Source of the DNA: Kiloniellaceae bacterium
GTDB lineage: Bacteria > Pseudomonadota > Alphaproteobacteria > Kiloniellales > J153
Assembly (NCBI GenBank): GCA_046758005.1
Contig: JBHHZJ010000006.1
Span: 634 to 64,633, forward strand
Length of the DNA stretch: 64,000 nucleotides
Direction of reading: 5' to 3'
Shown here: positions 28,960-38,741 of the stretch, in pieces
Numbering within the stretch: position 1 is the first letter of the stretch
Layout of the letters: the number at the start of each line of letters is the position of its first letter
Notes under the pieces: generated by a model
The model's input: only the letters and a program-made list of their open reading frames with translations
What the model was told of the DNA's origin: nothing
The model's database searches: none
Program-made: the position numbers and the translations under genes

Positions 28960-30080
28960 GCCGCCGACCTCACAGCGAGCTTGCGGACGTAGGGTGCGAT
29001 CTCGGGCAGCGGCAGGACCGCCGAGCACAGGCCGGCCGTCGCGACCGCCCCCGGCATGCCCCAGACCACGCTTGTCGCCTCATCCTGGGCGACGACCGCG
29101 CCCCCGGCGGCCGTCACCGCCTGGGACCCGTTGCGGCCGTCCGCCCCCATGCCCGTCAGAATGAGCACCAAAAGGCGCGACCTGTAGATCGGCGCCATGC
29201 TGCGCAGCAACGGGTCGACCGCCGGCCGACAGTAGTTTTCCGGCTCGCCCTGGTGCAGCCGGATCGCGGTGCCGGTCTTGCCGCGCTCGACCAGCATATG
29301 GAAATCGCCGGGAGCGACGTAGATGCGCCCCGGAACGATGGACTCGCCGTCTTTGCCCTCATGGCATGGAATGCCCGAGGCGCGCGTGATGTGCTCGGCG
29401 AGTAGCGCGGTGAACGTCGCCGGCATGTGCTGCGTGATAAGGATCGGCTGCGTGACGTCCCGGCCGAGGTCGCCGAGGACCTTGAACAGAGCTTGCGGTC
29501 CGCCGGTCGAGCTGCCGATCGCGATCACGTCGGGCCGCACAGCGGGGGCCGGGCGCAACCTGATGTCAGGCGCGGGCTGCCGCTCTGCGCCGGCCGGGGC
29601 GGCGCGCGGGACTGCGCCGCGCGCGACCAATCCCCGCCGCGCCGCGCCCCTGCGCCCGGAGCGGCCGGCCGCGGCCACGGCCTTGACCTTCTCGGTCAGC
29701 TCCCGCTTGAAGGCGTCGGCCGAATGCAGCTCGCTCGTCGAACTCGGCTTGGTCACGTAGTCGGCGGCGCCGTTGGCCATCGCCCGCAGACTGATCTCCG
29801 CGTTCTGGCGGGTCAGCGTCGAGGCCATGACGACCTGGACCCCGGGCCTGGCCCTGAGCAGCAGGGGCAGCGCGGTCATGCCGTCCATGACCGGCATTTC
29901 GATGTCGAGGAGGACGATCTCGATGTCCTGCCGCTCGACGGCCCGCAACGCCAGCTCCCCATTGGATACCGACGCGACGACCGAAATCGCGGGATCCGCC
30001 TCCAGGCAGCGCGTCAGCAGACCCCGAATCACGGCGGAGTCGTCGACGACCATCACCCGATAGGGACCGTCTGTCGCCAT
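28956..30080 (-). CDS. cheB: Chemotaxis methylesterase CheB
   Basis: Receiver domain plus IGSSTGGP, QHMP, ILTGMGADG, AQDEATSVVWGMP. Confidence 0.97.
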   Translation of the reverse strand: MATDGPYRVMVVDDSAVIRGLLTRCLEADPAISVVASVSNGELALRAVERQDIEIVLLDIEMPVMDGMTALPLLLRARPGVQVVMASTLTRQNAEISLRAMANGAADYVTKPSSTSELHSADAFKRELTEKVKAVAAAGRSGRRGAARRGLVARGAVPRAAPAGAERQPAPDIRLRPAPAVRPDVIAIGSSTGGPQALFKVLGDLGRDVTQPILITQHMPATFTALLAEHITRASGIPCHEGKDGESIVPGRIYVAPGDFHMLVERGKTGTAIRLHQGEPENYCRPAVDPLLRSMAPIYRSRLLVLILTGMGADGRNGSQAVTAAGGAVVAQDEATSVVWGMPGAVATAGLCSAVLPLPEIAPYVRKLAVRSAA

Positions 30081-30108
30081 GCGCGCGCCCTCTCCGCCTC
30101 GCCGGAGC

Positions 30109-30474
30109 TCAGAGCAGGCCGACTTGGGAGAACTTCGACTCGATGATCTCGCTGTCGAAGGGCTTCATGATGTACTCGTCGGCGCCCGCCTTTATCGCCT
30201 CCTGGATGTGCTCCATGTCGTTTTCCGTCGTGCAGAAGACGACGATGGGCTGCTCGACCCCTTCCATGGCGCGCAGTTCGTGAAGGAACTCGATGCCGCT
30301 CTTGACCGGCATGTTCCAGTCGAGGAGGACGGCGCTCGGCATCCTCTGGCGGCAAACGTCCAGGGCCTGCTGGCCGTCCTCGGCTTCGTCGATCCCGAAG
30401 TTGAGGCCTTCCAGGATCTTGCGCGCGACCATGCGCACGACCTTTGAATCATCGACGATGAGGCAAGTCTTCAT
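30109..30474 (-). CDS. cheY: Chemotaxis response regulator CheY
   Basis: Single receiver domain (LIVDDS, LLDWNMP, YIMKPF) inside the che operon. Confidence 0.92.
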   Translation of the reverse strand: MKTCLIVDDSKVVRMVARKILEGLNFGIDEAEDGQQALDVCRQRMPSAVLLDWNMPVKSGIEFLHELRAMEGVEQPIVVFCTTENDMEHIQEAIKAGADEYIMKPFDSEIIESKFSQVGLL

Positions 30475-30564
30475 TGCTGCGAACTCCGTGACGCTCGTCA
30501 GGGGATCGGCCTGCGGGCGGCCTCTCCCCTACCACTGCGTACGATACCGGCCGCGACCCGGGCA

Positions 30565-31062
30565 TCACGACAGTGCCGCCTGGGACCGCCCGTAATCGAG
30601 CAGCCGGTTCACGTCCAGTACGACCAGCAGATGCTCGTCGAGCCGGTAGACCCCGTCCGAGAAGGCGCGGACCATGGGATCGAGGGTCGGCGGATTGCGC
30701 TCGAAGGTGCTGGACGACAGCGCGAGAACCTCGCCGACCGAGTCGACCACGAGGCTGTAAAGCTCGCCGTCGTTCTCGGCCACGATGCTCATGCTCTCGG
30801 ACCCGTTCGGCCGCGGCGCCAGGCCGAGCCGCGCGCGCATGTCGATCGCGGTGACGACGCGGCCGCGCAGGTTCAACGATCCCATGATCTCGGGCGGCGC
30901 CAAGGGGATGCGCGTGATCCGATACGAGCTGAGCACGTCCTGCACCTTGAGCACCGGGATTCCGAACAGCTGCCCGGAGATCGTGAAGGTCAAGAAATCC
31001 TCCGTCGCGTCGGAAGCAACGGCCGGGTTCAGGGCCTGGGTGGCTTCGGCCTGGCTTCTCAT
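30565..31062 (-). CDS. cheW: Coupling protein CheW
   Basis: FGIPVLKVQDV, GSLNLRGRVV, LVVDSVGEV. Confidence 0.95.
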   Translation of the reverse strand: MRSQAEATQALNPAVASDATEDFLTFTISGQLFGIPVLKVQDVLSSYRITRIPLAPPEIMGSLNLRGRVVTAIDMRARLGLAPRPNGSESMSIVAENDGELYSLVVDSVGEVLALSSSTFERNPPTLDPMVRAFSDGVYRLDEHLLVVLDVNRLLDYGRSQAALS

Positions 31063-33815
31063 GCCGCACCCCGAATGTCGGCCAAGGTCTCGTGCAGCGC
31101 GCTCAACAGCGCTTCGCGGTCGCTCTTGGCCACGTAATCCCTAAAGCCGACGGCCCGCCCGCGCGCCAGATCCTTCGGCGTGGCGAACGAGGACAAGGCG
31201 ACCATCGGGACCTTGGCCCAGCGGGGGTTGTTCTTGACCGCTTCGGCGAACTCGAAGCCACTCATGCCCGGCATCTCGATGTCGGAAATGATCATTTCGA
31301 ATTGCTCGCCCGCCTCGCACAGATCCAGCGCCGCGCTCGCGCTGTCCACGGAAGTTACATCGTACCCGGCCACCGCCAGCAGCGGCGACAGCAGGTTGCG
31401 GAAGAACGGGCTGTCATCGACAAGCAGGATCCGGATCGATCCGCTGTCGCCGAACGACTCCGCGGCTTCGGTGCCGAACCAGTCGTTGAAGGCCAGGGTC
31501 AAGTAGTGGGCCACGTCGACGACGTCGGTCGCCCGCTCGGCGATGATGGCGCTGCCGACGAAGCCGGTCCGCTTGGCGGTCAGTTCGATGTGCATGCGGT
31601 CCTCGACGATGTCGTCGATTTCGTCGACGACCAGTCCCATCGTCCGGTCGCGATCGGTGAAGACCAGGACCGGCTGCCGGCCCTCCTTGCCGAGCTCGCA
31701 GCCCCCTTCCATCTGCACCAGCGGCATGAGCTGGCCGCGGTACTGCACGACGTACTGGCCATTGGACATCTCGACCTTGGAGCGGTCGATTTCCTCCAGT
31801 CGCGCGACCAGGGCCAAGGGCACGGCCTTCGGCGCCTTGTCGACCGCGCGAAAGACCAGCATGGCCACGGTCTCCTCGCCGCGCGTGGCGTGCCGGTCGA
31901 CTGTGGCCTCGGAGCTCTCTTCGGCCAGCTCGACCTCGCCGGTCGCCGCCGCGATCCCGTTCGGGTCGAGGATCATGACCACGCTGCCGTCGCCGAGGAT
32001 CGTGTTGCCGGAGAACATCTGATTTTCGCGCAGGATGCGCGCCACGGGTTTGACCACGATCTCTTCGGTGTCGAAGACCCGATCGACGATGATGCCGAAG
32101 GTGTAGCTTCCGACCTGGGTGACGACGATGAAGTTGTCGTCGCCGGCGCCCCTTTTCATCTCGATCGCGCCGACTGCCTCGGATTCCGCGCCATTGGTGT
32201 CGCCGGCGACCGGTAACGTTGCCGCCTGCAGCTTCATCAAGTCGCACAGGTTGACCAGTGGCAAAAGCCGGTTGCGCAGGCGCAGAACCGGTGTCTCGTT
32301 GATGCGCTCGATCGTGTTTTCCGAGTGGGCCGAGGCGCGCACCAGTTCGAGCACGCTGATCTGCGGAATGGCGAAGCGCTCGCCGGCGCATTCGACGATG
32401 AGCGCCGAGACGATCGCCAGGGTCAGCGGGATCTTGATGATGAACGTGGTGCCTTGCCCTTCCACCGAGGTCAGCTCCACGGTGCCGCCGATCTTCTCGA
32501 TGTTGCTGCGGACGACGTCCATGCCCACGCCGCGGCCGGAGACCGCGGTGACCTGGGCGGCGGTCGAGAAGCCGGGCTTGAAGATGAACCTCTGGATCTG
32601 CTGCTCGGTCATCGACTCGACTTCGGCCTCGGTGGCCAGGCCGTTCTCGATCGCCTTCTTCTTGACCTGCTCCACGGTCAGGCCGCGCCCATCGTCGGAG
32701 ACCTCGATGATGATGTGGCCGCCCTCGTGATAGGCGTTGAGCGTGACCTTGCCGACCTCCGGTTTGCCGGCCTTGATGCGGTCCTCGGTGGTCTCCAGGC
32801 CGTGGTCGGCCGAATTGCGCACCATGTGCGTGAGCGGATCCTTGATGAGCTCCAGCACCTGACGGTCGAGCTCGGTCTCCGCGCCTTTCATGACCAGGTC
32901 GATCTTCTTGCCGAGCTCGTGCGACAGGTCGCGGACGATGCGCGGCAGCTTGGCCCAGGCGTTGCCGATCGGCTGCATGCGCGTCTTCATCACGCCCTCC
33001 TGAAGCTCGGAGACGACGTGATTGAGCCGCTGCAGGGGCGCCGCGAATTCGCTTTCCTTGTGGCTGCGCAGGATCTGTAGGAGCTGGTTGCGGGTCAGCA
33101 CCAGCTCGGAGACCATGGTCATCAGGTCTTCCAGCAAATCGACGTTGACGCGGATCGACTGGTTGGCCACCGAGGACTCTTTCTTGCCGTCCTTGGCCTT
33201 GGCGTCGGCGGCGGCCGGGCCCGCGCTCACGCCCGGCGGCGCGGCGGCTTCTGCGGCGGCCTCGCCCGGCGCTTCGCCCTGGTCCTGTGTTTCGCAATGT
33301 GCCGGCTCGGCGGCCGTGTCGGCCTCGGCGGTCTCGGTGATTTCGGCCGGTGCGGCCTCGAGCGCCGGCTCCTCGGCGGTGGCTTCGGCCGGCGCGCCCG
33401 CCTCGTCCTCGCCCGGGGCGGCTGCCTCCGCCCCGCCGCCCTCGTTGGCCAGGGCGTTCAGGCGGCCGATCAGGTCGGCATCTTCCCCCTCCGGCTCGGC
33501 CTCGGTCTCCTCGAGGGCGACCAGGAGCGACCGGATCCGGTCCAGGCATTCCAGGATCAGGGACACCGCCGCCGGCGTGACCACCAAGCCGCCTTCGCGG
33601 ATCTTGCCCAGCACGTTCTCGCCCGCGTGGGCGACGGCCTCGAGACGCGGCAGACCCAGGAACCCGCAGGTCCCCTTGATGGTGTGCATGAGCCGGAAGA
33701 TGTTGCTCAGCAGTTCGTGGTCGTTCGGGTTTTTTTCGAGATTGACGAGCTCGACATCCAGGACGGCCAAGCCTTCGTTGGTCTCGGTCAGAAACTCGCT
33801 TAGAAGGTCGTCCAT
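31059..33815 (-). CDS. cheA: Hybrid chemotaxis kinase CheA (HPt-kinase-CheW-CheW-receiver)
   Basis: IFRLMHTIKG, HMVRNSADHG, SGRGVGMDVV; two CheW domains; C-terminal receiver. Confidence 0.96.
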   Translation of the reverse strand: MDDLLSEFLTETNEGLAVLDVELVNLEKNPNDHELLSNIFRLMHTIKGTCGFLGLPRLEAVAHAGENVLGKIREGGLVVTPAAVSLILECLDRIRSLLVALEETEAEPEGEDADLIGRLNALANEGGGAEAAAPGEDEAGAPAEATAEEPALEAAPAEITETAEADTAAEPAHCETQDQGEAPGEAAAEAAAPPGVSAGPAAADAKAKDGKKESSVANQSIRVNVDLLEDLMTMVSELVLTRNQLLQILRSHKESEFAAPLQRLNHVVSELQEGVMKTRMQPIGNAWAKLPRIVRDLSHELGKKIDLVMKGAETELDRQVLELIKDPLTHMVRNSADHGLETTEDRIKAGKPEVGKVTLNAYHEGGHIIIEVSDDGRGLTVEQVKKKAIENGLATEAEVESMTEQQIQRFIFKPGFSTAAQVTAVSGRGVGMDVVRSNIEKIGGTVELTSVEGQGTTFIIKIPLTLAIVSALIVECAGERFAIPQISVLELVRASAHSENTIERINETPVLRLRNRLLPLVNLCDLMKLQAATLPVAGDTNGAESEAVGAIEMKRGAGDDNFIVVTQVGSYTFGIIVDRVFDTEEIVVKPVARILRENQMFSGNTILGDGSVVMILDPNGIAAATGEVELAEESSEATVDRHATRGEETVAMLVFRAVDKAPKAVPLALVARLEEIDRSKVEMSNGQYVVQYRGQLMPLVQMEGGCELGKEGRQPVLVFTDRDRTMGLVVDEIDDIVEDRMHIELTAKRTGFVGSAIIAERATDVVDVAHYLTLAFNDWFGTEAAESFGDSGSIRILLVDDSPFFRNLLSPLLAVAGYDVTSVDSASAALDLCEAGEQFEMIISDIEMPGMSGFEFAEAVKNNPRWAKVPMVALSSFATPKDLARGRAVGFRDYVAKSDREALLSALHETLADIRGAA

Positions 33816-33920
33816 AACCACGAACCCACGACTGCTTGCCCCGGTCTCGGGCGCGTCTCGAGATTGGCCAAGCGGCGACAAGGCCCCCGACGCTCAGCGA
33901 AACACACTGACAAAAAGAGA

Positions 33921-33935
33921 TTAATGACCCCTTAC
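33921..33935. promoter_or_regulatory. CtrA-box-like site upstream of cheA
   Basis: TTAA-TGACCCC-TTAC about 105 bp before the cheA start. Confidence 0.55.
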
Positions 33936-34146
33936 CCTGCCGTGCGCGGGCCCATTCTGCCCGGCCGGGCCCCGTCCCGGCGCGAGCATCCGGGATAGAT
34001 TCTCCTGCGCCGGTTGTCGTACCGCGGGCGGCCCCCGGGCGCCGGTTCGGACCCCCGACGCGCCGCCCGCGAAGCGTTGCCCGGAGGCCTTGCGGCTGTT
34101 AAGCCTTGGCTGCGCCTTGCCGACGCGCGAAGCAACCTGGTTGAAC

Positions 34147-35868
34147 GTGACCGAGACCGCCCGCCGCCAAGCTCCTACGGGCCCGCTGCCGATCCCGCCC
34201 GGCCGGTTCGCTACCCGGCCGGCGCGCCGAATCGGGGTGCTCACCTGGGCCGCGCTCCTCATCGCGAGCCTGTTCGCAACACCGGTCGTCAGCGTGCTCG
34301 CCAACGTGTTCGTACCCAGCCAGGGGACCTGGCAGCACCTGGCGAGCACGGTGCTGCCCAGTTACGTGGCCAACACGATCTGGCTGGCACTCGGCGTCGG
34401 CCTGGGCGTGTTGGCGATCGGCCTGAGCACGGCGTGGCTGGTGACCATGTGCCGTTTTCCTGGCCGGCGGACCTTCGAGTGGGCGCTCATCCTGCCGCTC
34501 GCCGTGCCGGCCTACGTCATGGCCTACACCTATACCGATTTCCTGCAGTTCACCGGGCCGGTGCAATCGCTCCTTCGGGAGGTGACCGGATGGGGGCCGC
34601 ACGACTACTGGTTCCCGCAGATCCGTTCGCTGGGCGGGGCGATCGTGATGCTTGCGCTGGTCCTCTATCCCTACGTTTATCTGCTCGCCCGCGCCGCATT
34701 CCTGGAGCAGTCGGTGTGCGCCCTCGAGGTCAGCCGGACGCTGGGTTGCGGCCCCTGGGCGAGCTTTTTCCGCGTCGCTCTGCCGCTCGCCCGGCCGGCG
34801 GTCGCGGCCGGAGTGGCGCTGGCGCTCATGGAGACCATCGCCGATTTCGGGACGGTGTCGTTCTTCGGCGTGCAGACCTTCACGACCGGCATCGTGCGCG
34901 CCTGGTTCTCGCTCGGCGACCGGGTGGCGGCGGCCCAGCTCTCGGCGGTCCTTTTGGGCTTCGTCTTGGCCGTGCTGCTCCTGGAGCGATGGAGCCGCGG
35001 CCCGGCCCGCTACTACCATACCTCGGGCCGCTACCAGCACCTGCCCGACTACCGGCTCAAGGGTTGGCGGGCGGCGCTGGCCAGCGCGGCCTGTATCGTG
35101 CCGATGACGATGGGGTTCCTGCTGCCGGCCGCCATCCTGCTCCGCATGTCGATCGAGGCGGGCGATGCGCAGTTCGGCCCGCGGTTCGCGCGCCTGGCCT
35201 TCAACAGCTTCACCCTGGCCGCGGTCACGGCCGTAGCGGCGGTGCTGCTGGCCGCGATCATGGCCTACGGCGTGCGCCTGAGCCCGAGCCGGCTGACCGT
35301 GGGCGCCAGCCGCGTGGCGGCGATGGGCTATGCGGTCCCCGGGACCGTGATCGCCGTCGGCGTGCTGATCCCCTTCGCCCTGTTCGACAACGCGCTCGAC
35401 GCCTGGATGCGCGCCCGCTTCGGCGTGTCCACGGGCCTGCTCCTGACGGGTACGATTGCGGCCCTCGTCTTCGCCTACCTGGTGCGCTTCCTGGCCGTTT
35501 CGCTGAATGCGGTCGAGGCCAGCCTGAGCAAGATCAAGCCGTCCATGGACGACGCCGCGCGCAGCCTCGGCCACGGGCCGGCCGGGACCCTGCTCCGGGT
35601 CCATGCGCCGCTCATGTGGGGCAGCCTGCTGACCGCCGCCCTCATGGTCTTCGTCGACGTGATGAAGGAGCTGCCCGCGACCCTGATCATGCGCCCGTTC
35701 AACTTCGATACCCTGGCGGTGCAGGCCTTCAACCTGGCCTCGGACGAGCGCTTGACGGAGGCTTCGACCGCGTCGCTGGCCATCGTCGCGGTGGGGATCC
35801 TGCCGCTGTTCCTCCTCAGCCGGGCGATCGCGCGCGCCCGGCCGGGCGGTGGCGGGCAGCGGCGGTAG
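34147..35868 (+). CDS. fbpB: Fe(III) ABC transporter permease (FbpB/FutB family)
   Basis: LPLAVPAYVMAY, YPYVYLLARAAF, VALPLARPA, VFVDVMKELPATL; start approximate. Confidence 0.9.
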   Translation: MTETARRQAPTGPLPIPPGRFATRPARRIGVLTWAALLIASLFATPVVSVLANVFVPSQGTWQHLASTVLPSYVANTIWLALGVGLGVLAIGLSTAWLVTMCRFPGRRTFEWALILPLAVPAYVMAYTYTDFLQFTGPVQSLLREVTGWGPHDYWFPQIRSLGGAIVMLALVLYPYVYLLARAAFLEQSVCALEVSRTLGCGPWASFFRVALPLARPAVAAGVALALMETIADFGTVSFFGVQTFTTGIVRAWFSLGDRVAAAQLSAVLLGFVLAVLLLERWSRGPARYYHTSGRYQHLPDYRLKGWRAALASAACIVPMTMGFLLPAAILLRMSIEAGDAQFGPRFARLAFNSFTLAAVTAVAAVLLAAIMAYGVRLSPSRLTVGASRVAAMGYAVPGTVIAVGVLIPFALFDNALDAWMRARFGVSTGLLLTGTIAALVFAYLVRFLAVSLNAVEASLSKIKPSMDDAARSLGHGPAGTLLRVHAPLMWGSLLTAALMVFVDVMKELPATLIMRPFNFDTLAVQAFNLASDERLTEASTASLAIVAVGILPLFLLSRAIARARPGGGGQRR

Positions 35869-35957
35869 GCCGGGCGCCGCCGCCCAAGGCCAACCCGGCG
35901 CGCCGATACCGATGGGCGCTCGGGTTACCTCGTGCGCCCATCGGTGTCAGGCCGCGC

Positions 35958-37007
35958 CTATTTCCAGCCGGCGCGGTCGAAAATCCTTTGCGCGAGCGGC
36001 TGGTACCTGCCGACCTGGGCGACGTTCAGGATGTCACGCTTGAAGTCGCCGAGCGACTTCAGGGCCGCGTTCGCCGCCACGCCCGGGACCACCGGGTACT
36101 CGTTGTTGCCGTCGGCGAAAATTCGCTGCGCCTCCTCGCTCGTCAGGTATTCGAGGAACCGGACCGCGGCATCGGTGTGCCGCGCGTGCTTGAGCACGCC
36201 GGCGCCGGAGATGTTGACGTGCGTGCCGCGGTCCTCCTGGTTCGGGAACACCACGCCGACCGCTTCGGCGATCTTCCTGTCCTCCTCCTTCGGGCTGGTC
36301 ATCAGGCGGGCGTAGTAGTACGAGTTGGCCAGCGCGATCCCGCACTCGCCGGCGGCCACGGCCTTGATCTGATCCGTGTCGCCGCCCTGCGGATCGCGGG
36401 CAAAATTGGCCACCACGCCCTTGGCCCAGGCCTGCGCCGCGGCCTCGCCCCGGCTGGCGATGATCGAGCCCAGGAGAGACAGGTTGTAGATGTTGCTGCT
36501 CGAGCGGATGCAAACCATGCCGCGCCACTTCGGGTCGGCCAGGTCCTCGTAGCTCTTGATCTCGCCCGGCTTGACCGCGTCCTTGTTGTAGAAGATGAGC
36601 CGGGCGCGCTGAGAGAATCCGAACCAGCGGCCCTCGGGATGCCTCAGGTTCGCCGGGACGCGCGCCGCCAGGGTGTCGGAGGTCACCTGTTGGAACAGGC
36701 CCGCCTGCTCGGCGCGCCAGAGGCGGCCTGCGTCAACGGTAATCAGGACATCGGCCGGGCTGTTCGGGCCCTCGCTCTTGATGCGCTCGATGAGCGCGTC
36801 GCCCTTGCCCTCGATCCGGTTGATCCTGATGCCCGTCAGCCTGGTGAAGCCCTCGTAGAGCGCCTCGTCGCTCTGATAGTGGCGCGAGGTGTAGATGTTG
36901 AGGACCTCGTCCTCTTGCGCCGCGCCGGCGGCGACGGACGCGACGGCGGCGGCCAGAAGTATGATCGGAACGCTGCGCAAGACTCCGTGCATCATGTGAC
37001 GCATCAT
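35958..37007 (-). CDS. fbpA: Fe(III) ABC transporter substrate-binding protein (FbpA/FutA family)
   Basis: Signal peptide; IYTSRHY, ADVLITVDAGRL, RSSSNIYN, NSYY, GTHVNISG; AAGGAG RBS. Confidence 0.93.
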   Translation of the reverse strand: MMRHMMHGVLRSVPIILLAAAVASVAAGAAQEDEVLNIYTSRHYQSDEALYEGFTRLTGIRINRIEGKGDALIERIKSEGPNSPADVLITVDAGRLWRAEQAGLFQQVTSDTLAARVPANLRHPEGRWFGFSQRARLIFYNKDAVKPGEIKSYEDLADPKWRGMVCIRSSSNIYNLSLLGSIIASRGEAAAQAWAKGVVANFARDPQGGDTDQIKAVAAGECGIALANSYYYARLMTSPKEEDRKIAEAVGVVFPNQEDRGTHVNISGAGVLKHARHTDAAVRFLEYLTSEEAQRIFADGNNEYPVVPGVAANAALKSLGDFKRDILNVAQVGRYQPLAQRIFDRAGWK

Positions 37008-37163
37008 GTGATCTCCTTTCTCGACGGGACTTTGCCATTGCTCCCCCGACATTCAGCCCCGAACGAACCCGGGACTCCCGGCGATACCGGCCGCCTCCGG
37101 CTTCCGTCCTTGAGCGGTACCAACGGGCTTGGCCCAAAGCAACGGCGATGCGAAGTTATTGCG

Positions 37164-37210
37164 ATTGCAACTCATTCGCGATGCTAATGCGTCTCACTTG
37201 CAAATGTCAA
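37164..37210 (-). promoter_or_regulatory. fbpA sigma70 promoter overlapped by two Fur-like boxes
   Basis: Minus-strand TTGACA (37210-37205)-N18-TAGCAT; imperfect dyads ATTGCAACTCATTCGCGAT (37164-37182) and AATGCGTCTCACTTGCAAA (37186-37204). Confidence 0.65.
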
Positions 37211-37428
37211 GCACGATTGAACCGACCGGTCGTCCGCGCCCCGCCTCCCGGGCGGCGCGTCGGCGGATTCCTCCCCAACGGCGGTCGGCGCGCCATGATC
37301 GAGCAACCCGAGGGCTCTGCGCGAGGCCCGCCAAGCGAACCTGCGCCCATGACCATTGCGCACACATTGACTCGCATGACTCGACGGCGCGCGCGGGGAA
37401 GCCCGCCGGAACGCGGAATTCCTTGGAC

Positions 37429-38073
37429 TCAGGACGCGAACGCGACGGAAAACCGTACGCAATCGGACCCGGAGGTATCGAGCGACAGCTCGGCGCCCAG
37501 ACGCCGCGCGAGCAGGCGCGCGAAATAGGCCTGGACGTTGCGCGGCGTCAGGTCGTCGGGCCCGGCGCCGTGGGCCAGGACGGGCGGAATGTCGTCACGC
37601 AAGGCCGCGTGGTCCCCGGAGGCCGCGACCGAGGCCTCCAGGCCGCCCGGCCCGTTCCGCACCGCCACGCTCAGGGTGCCGCCGATGGGCAGCGACTCCT
37701 CGCCGAGCAGGACCAGATTGAGCAACAGCTTGCCGAGATCCTCGGGCGTGTCCGCCAAGGGCTCGGGCACCGACCACTCGAGCGCGATTTTGTTGTTCGC
37801 CAGGAAATTGGCCGTCAGCTGGCGCAGTTCGCCGGGGTCGCCGCCGATGCGCGAGCCGGCCATGCCGTAGGCGAAGCGGTAGTACTGCAGGGCGGTGGCC
37901 GCACGTCGGGCGCTGTCGGCGGCCAGTCGGAGGGCGTCTTGAGCCATGTCGGCGCCGTCTTCGTCCTCCAAGAGCTCCAGGCCATTGTTGACGGCCCCGA
38001 CCGGCCCGACCAGGTCGTGGCACAGGCGCGAGGCCAGCAGCTCGGCCACTCGCAAGTCGATCTGCACGTCCAT
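37429..38073 (-). CDS. chpT: Histidine phosphotransferase ChpT
   Basis: LLASRLCHDLVGPVGAVNNGLELL...YYRFAYG...KLLLNL...PRNVQAY. Confidence 0.92.
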   Translation of the reverse strand: MDVQIDLRVAELLASRLCHDLVGPVGAVNNGLELLEDEDGADMAQDALRLAADSARRAATALQYYRFAYGMAGSRIGGDPGELRQLTANFLANNKIALEWSVPEPLADTPEDLGKLLLNLVLLGEESLPIGGTLSVAVRNGPGGLEASVAASGDHAALRDDIPPVLAHGAGPDDLTPRNVQAYFARLLARRLGAELSLDTSGSDCVRFSVAFAS

Positions 38074-38405
38074 CTCGGTCTCCCCTGCCCCGATCCCCAA
38101 CGCGCCGCGTCGGCTCGCCGGACGCCTTGTCGCTCCGGTTGCGTTAGACTGCGAATTGGGAGTTCACCGCCGGCACGGCGCCCCTTATACACCAACGGGC
38201 GAGATTCGGAAGAGTGCGCGTTCACGCCGGGCCGGCCGGGGCCCCCGTCCGCGCCAGGCAAGTGCGATGCGCCAAGGCGCCGCGCGGCAACAACGTTGCG
38301 AGGAAAGCACGCCGTGGTATACGATATACCAATCGCCCGGGACGCGGCGCACGGCTCCCTATCGGGCCGCCGGCCCAGCGTCTTCGCGCGGTCGCGGGGC
38401 GGACG

Positions 38406-38585
38406 GTGACCGAGGACCTGGTACCTGGAATGCTGGTGCGCCACCCGGCCAAGCCGGACTGGGGTATCGGGCAGGTTCAATCGGTGATCGGCCATCGGGT
38501 GACCGTGAACTTCGAGCACGCCGGCAAGCTGCTGATCAACAGCGCGCATGTGACGTTGGAGGTGATCGACGAGGCGCCCCGTTGA
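38406..38585 (+). CDS. DUF3553 family small protein
   Basis: PGMLVRHPAKPDWGIGQVQSVIGHRVTVNFEHAGK; 59 aa; GTG start. Confidence 0.85.
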   Translation: MTEDLVPGMLVRHPAKPDWGIGQVQSVIGHRVTVNFEHAGKLLINSAHVTLEVIDEAPR

Positions 38586-38741
38586 CGGCGCCGCAGCCGA
38601 ACGCCTTACATAGCCGTGGGTTGAGATCGCCGGTGAAGTGGATCAAGATCAATCCGGGCGCACGGCGCCGTGGCCGGAAGGGCGAACCGCCGGACACGCG
38701 CGGCGGATCGGAGCGAAACGAAAGGGGGACGGGGCGAAACA

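Noticed and set aside
37215-37428. Possible iron-regulated small ORF or sRNA divergent from fbpA
   Set aside because: No convincing start, promoter or terminator on the plus strand.
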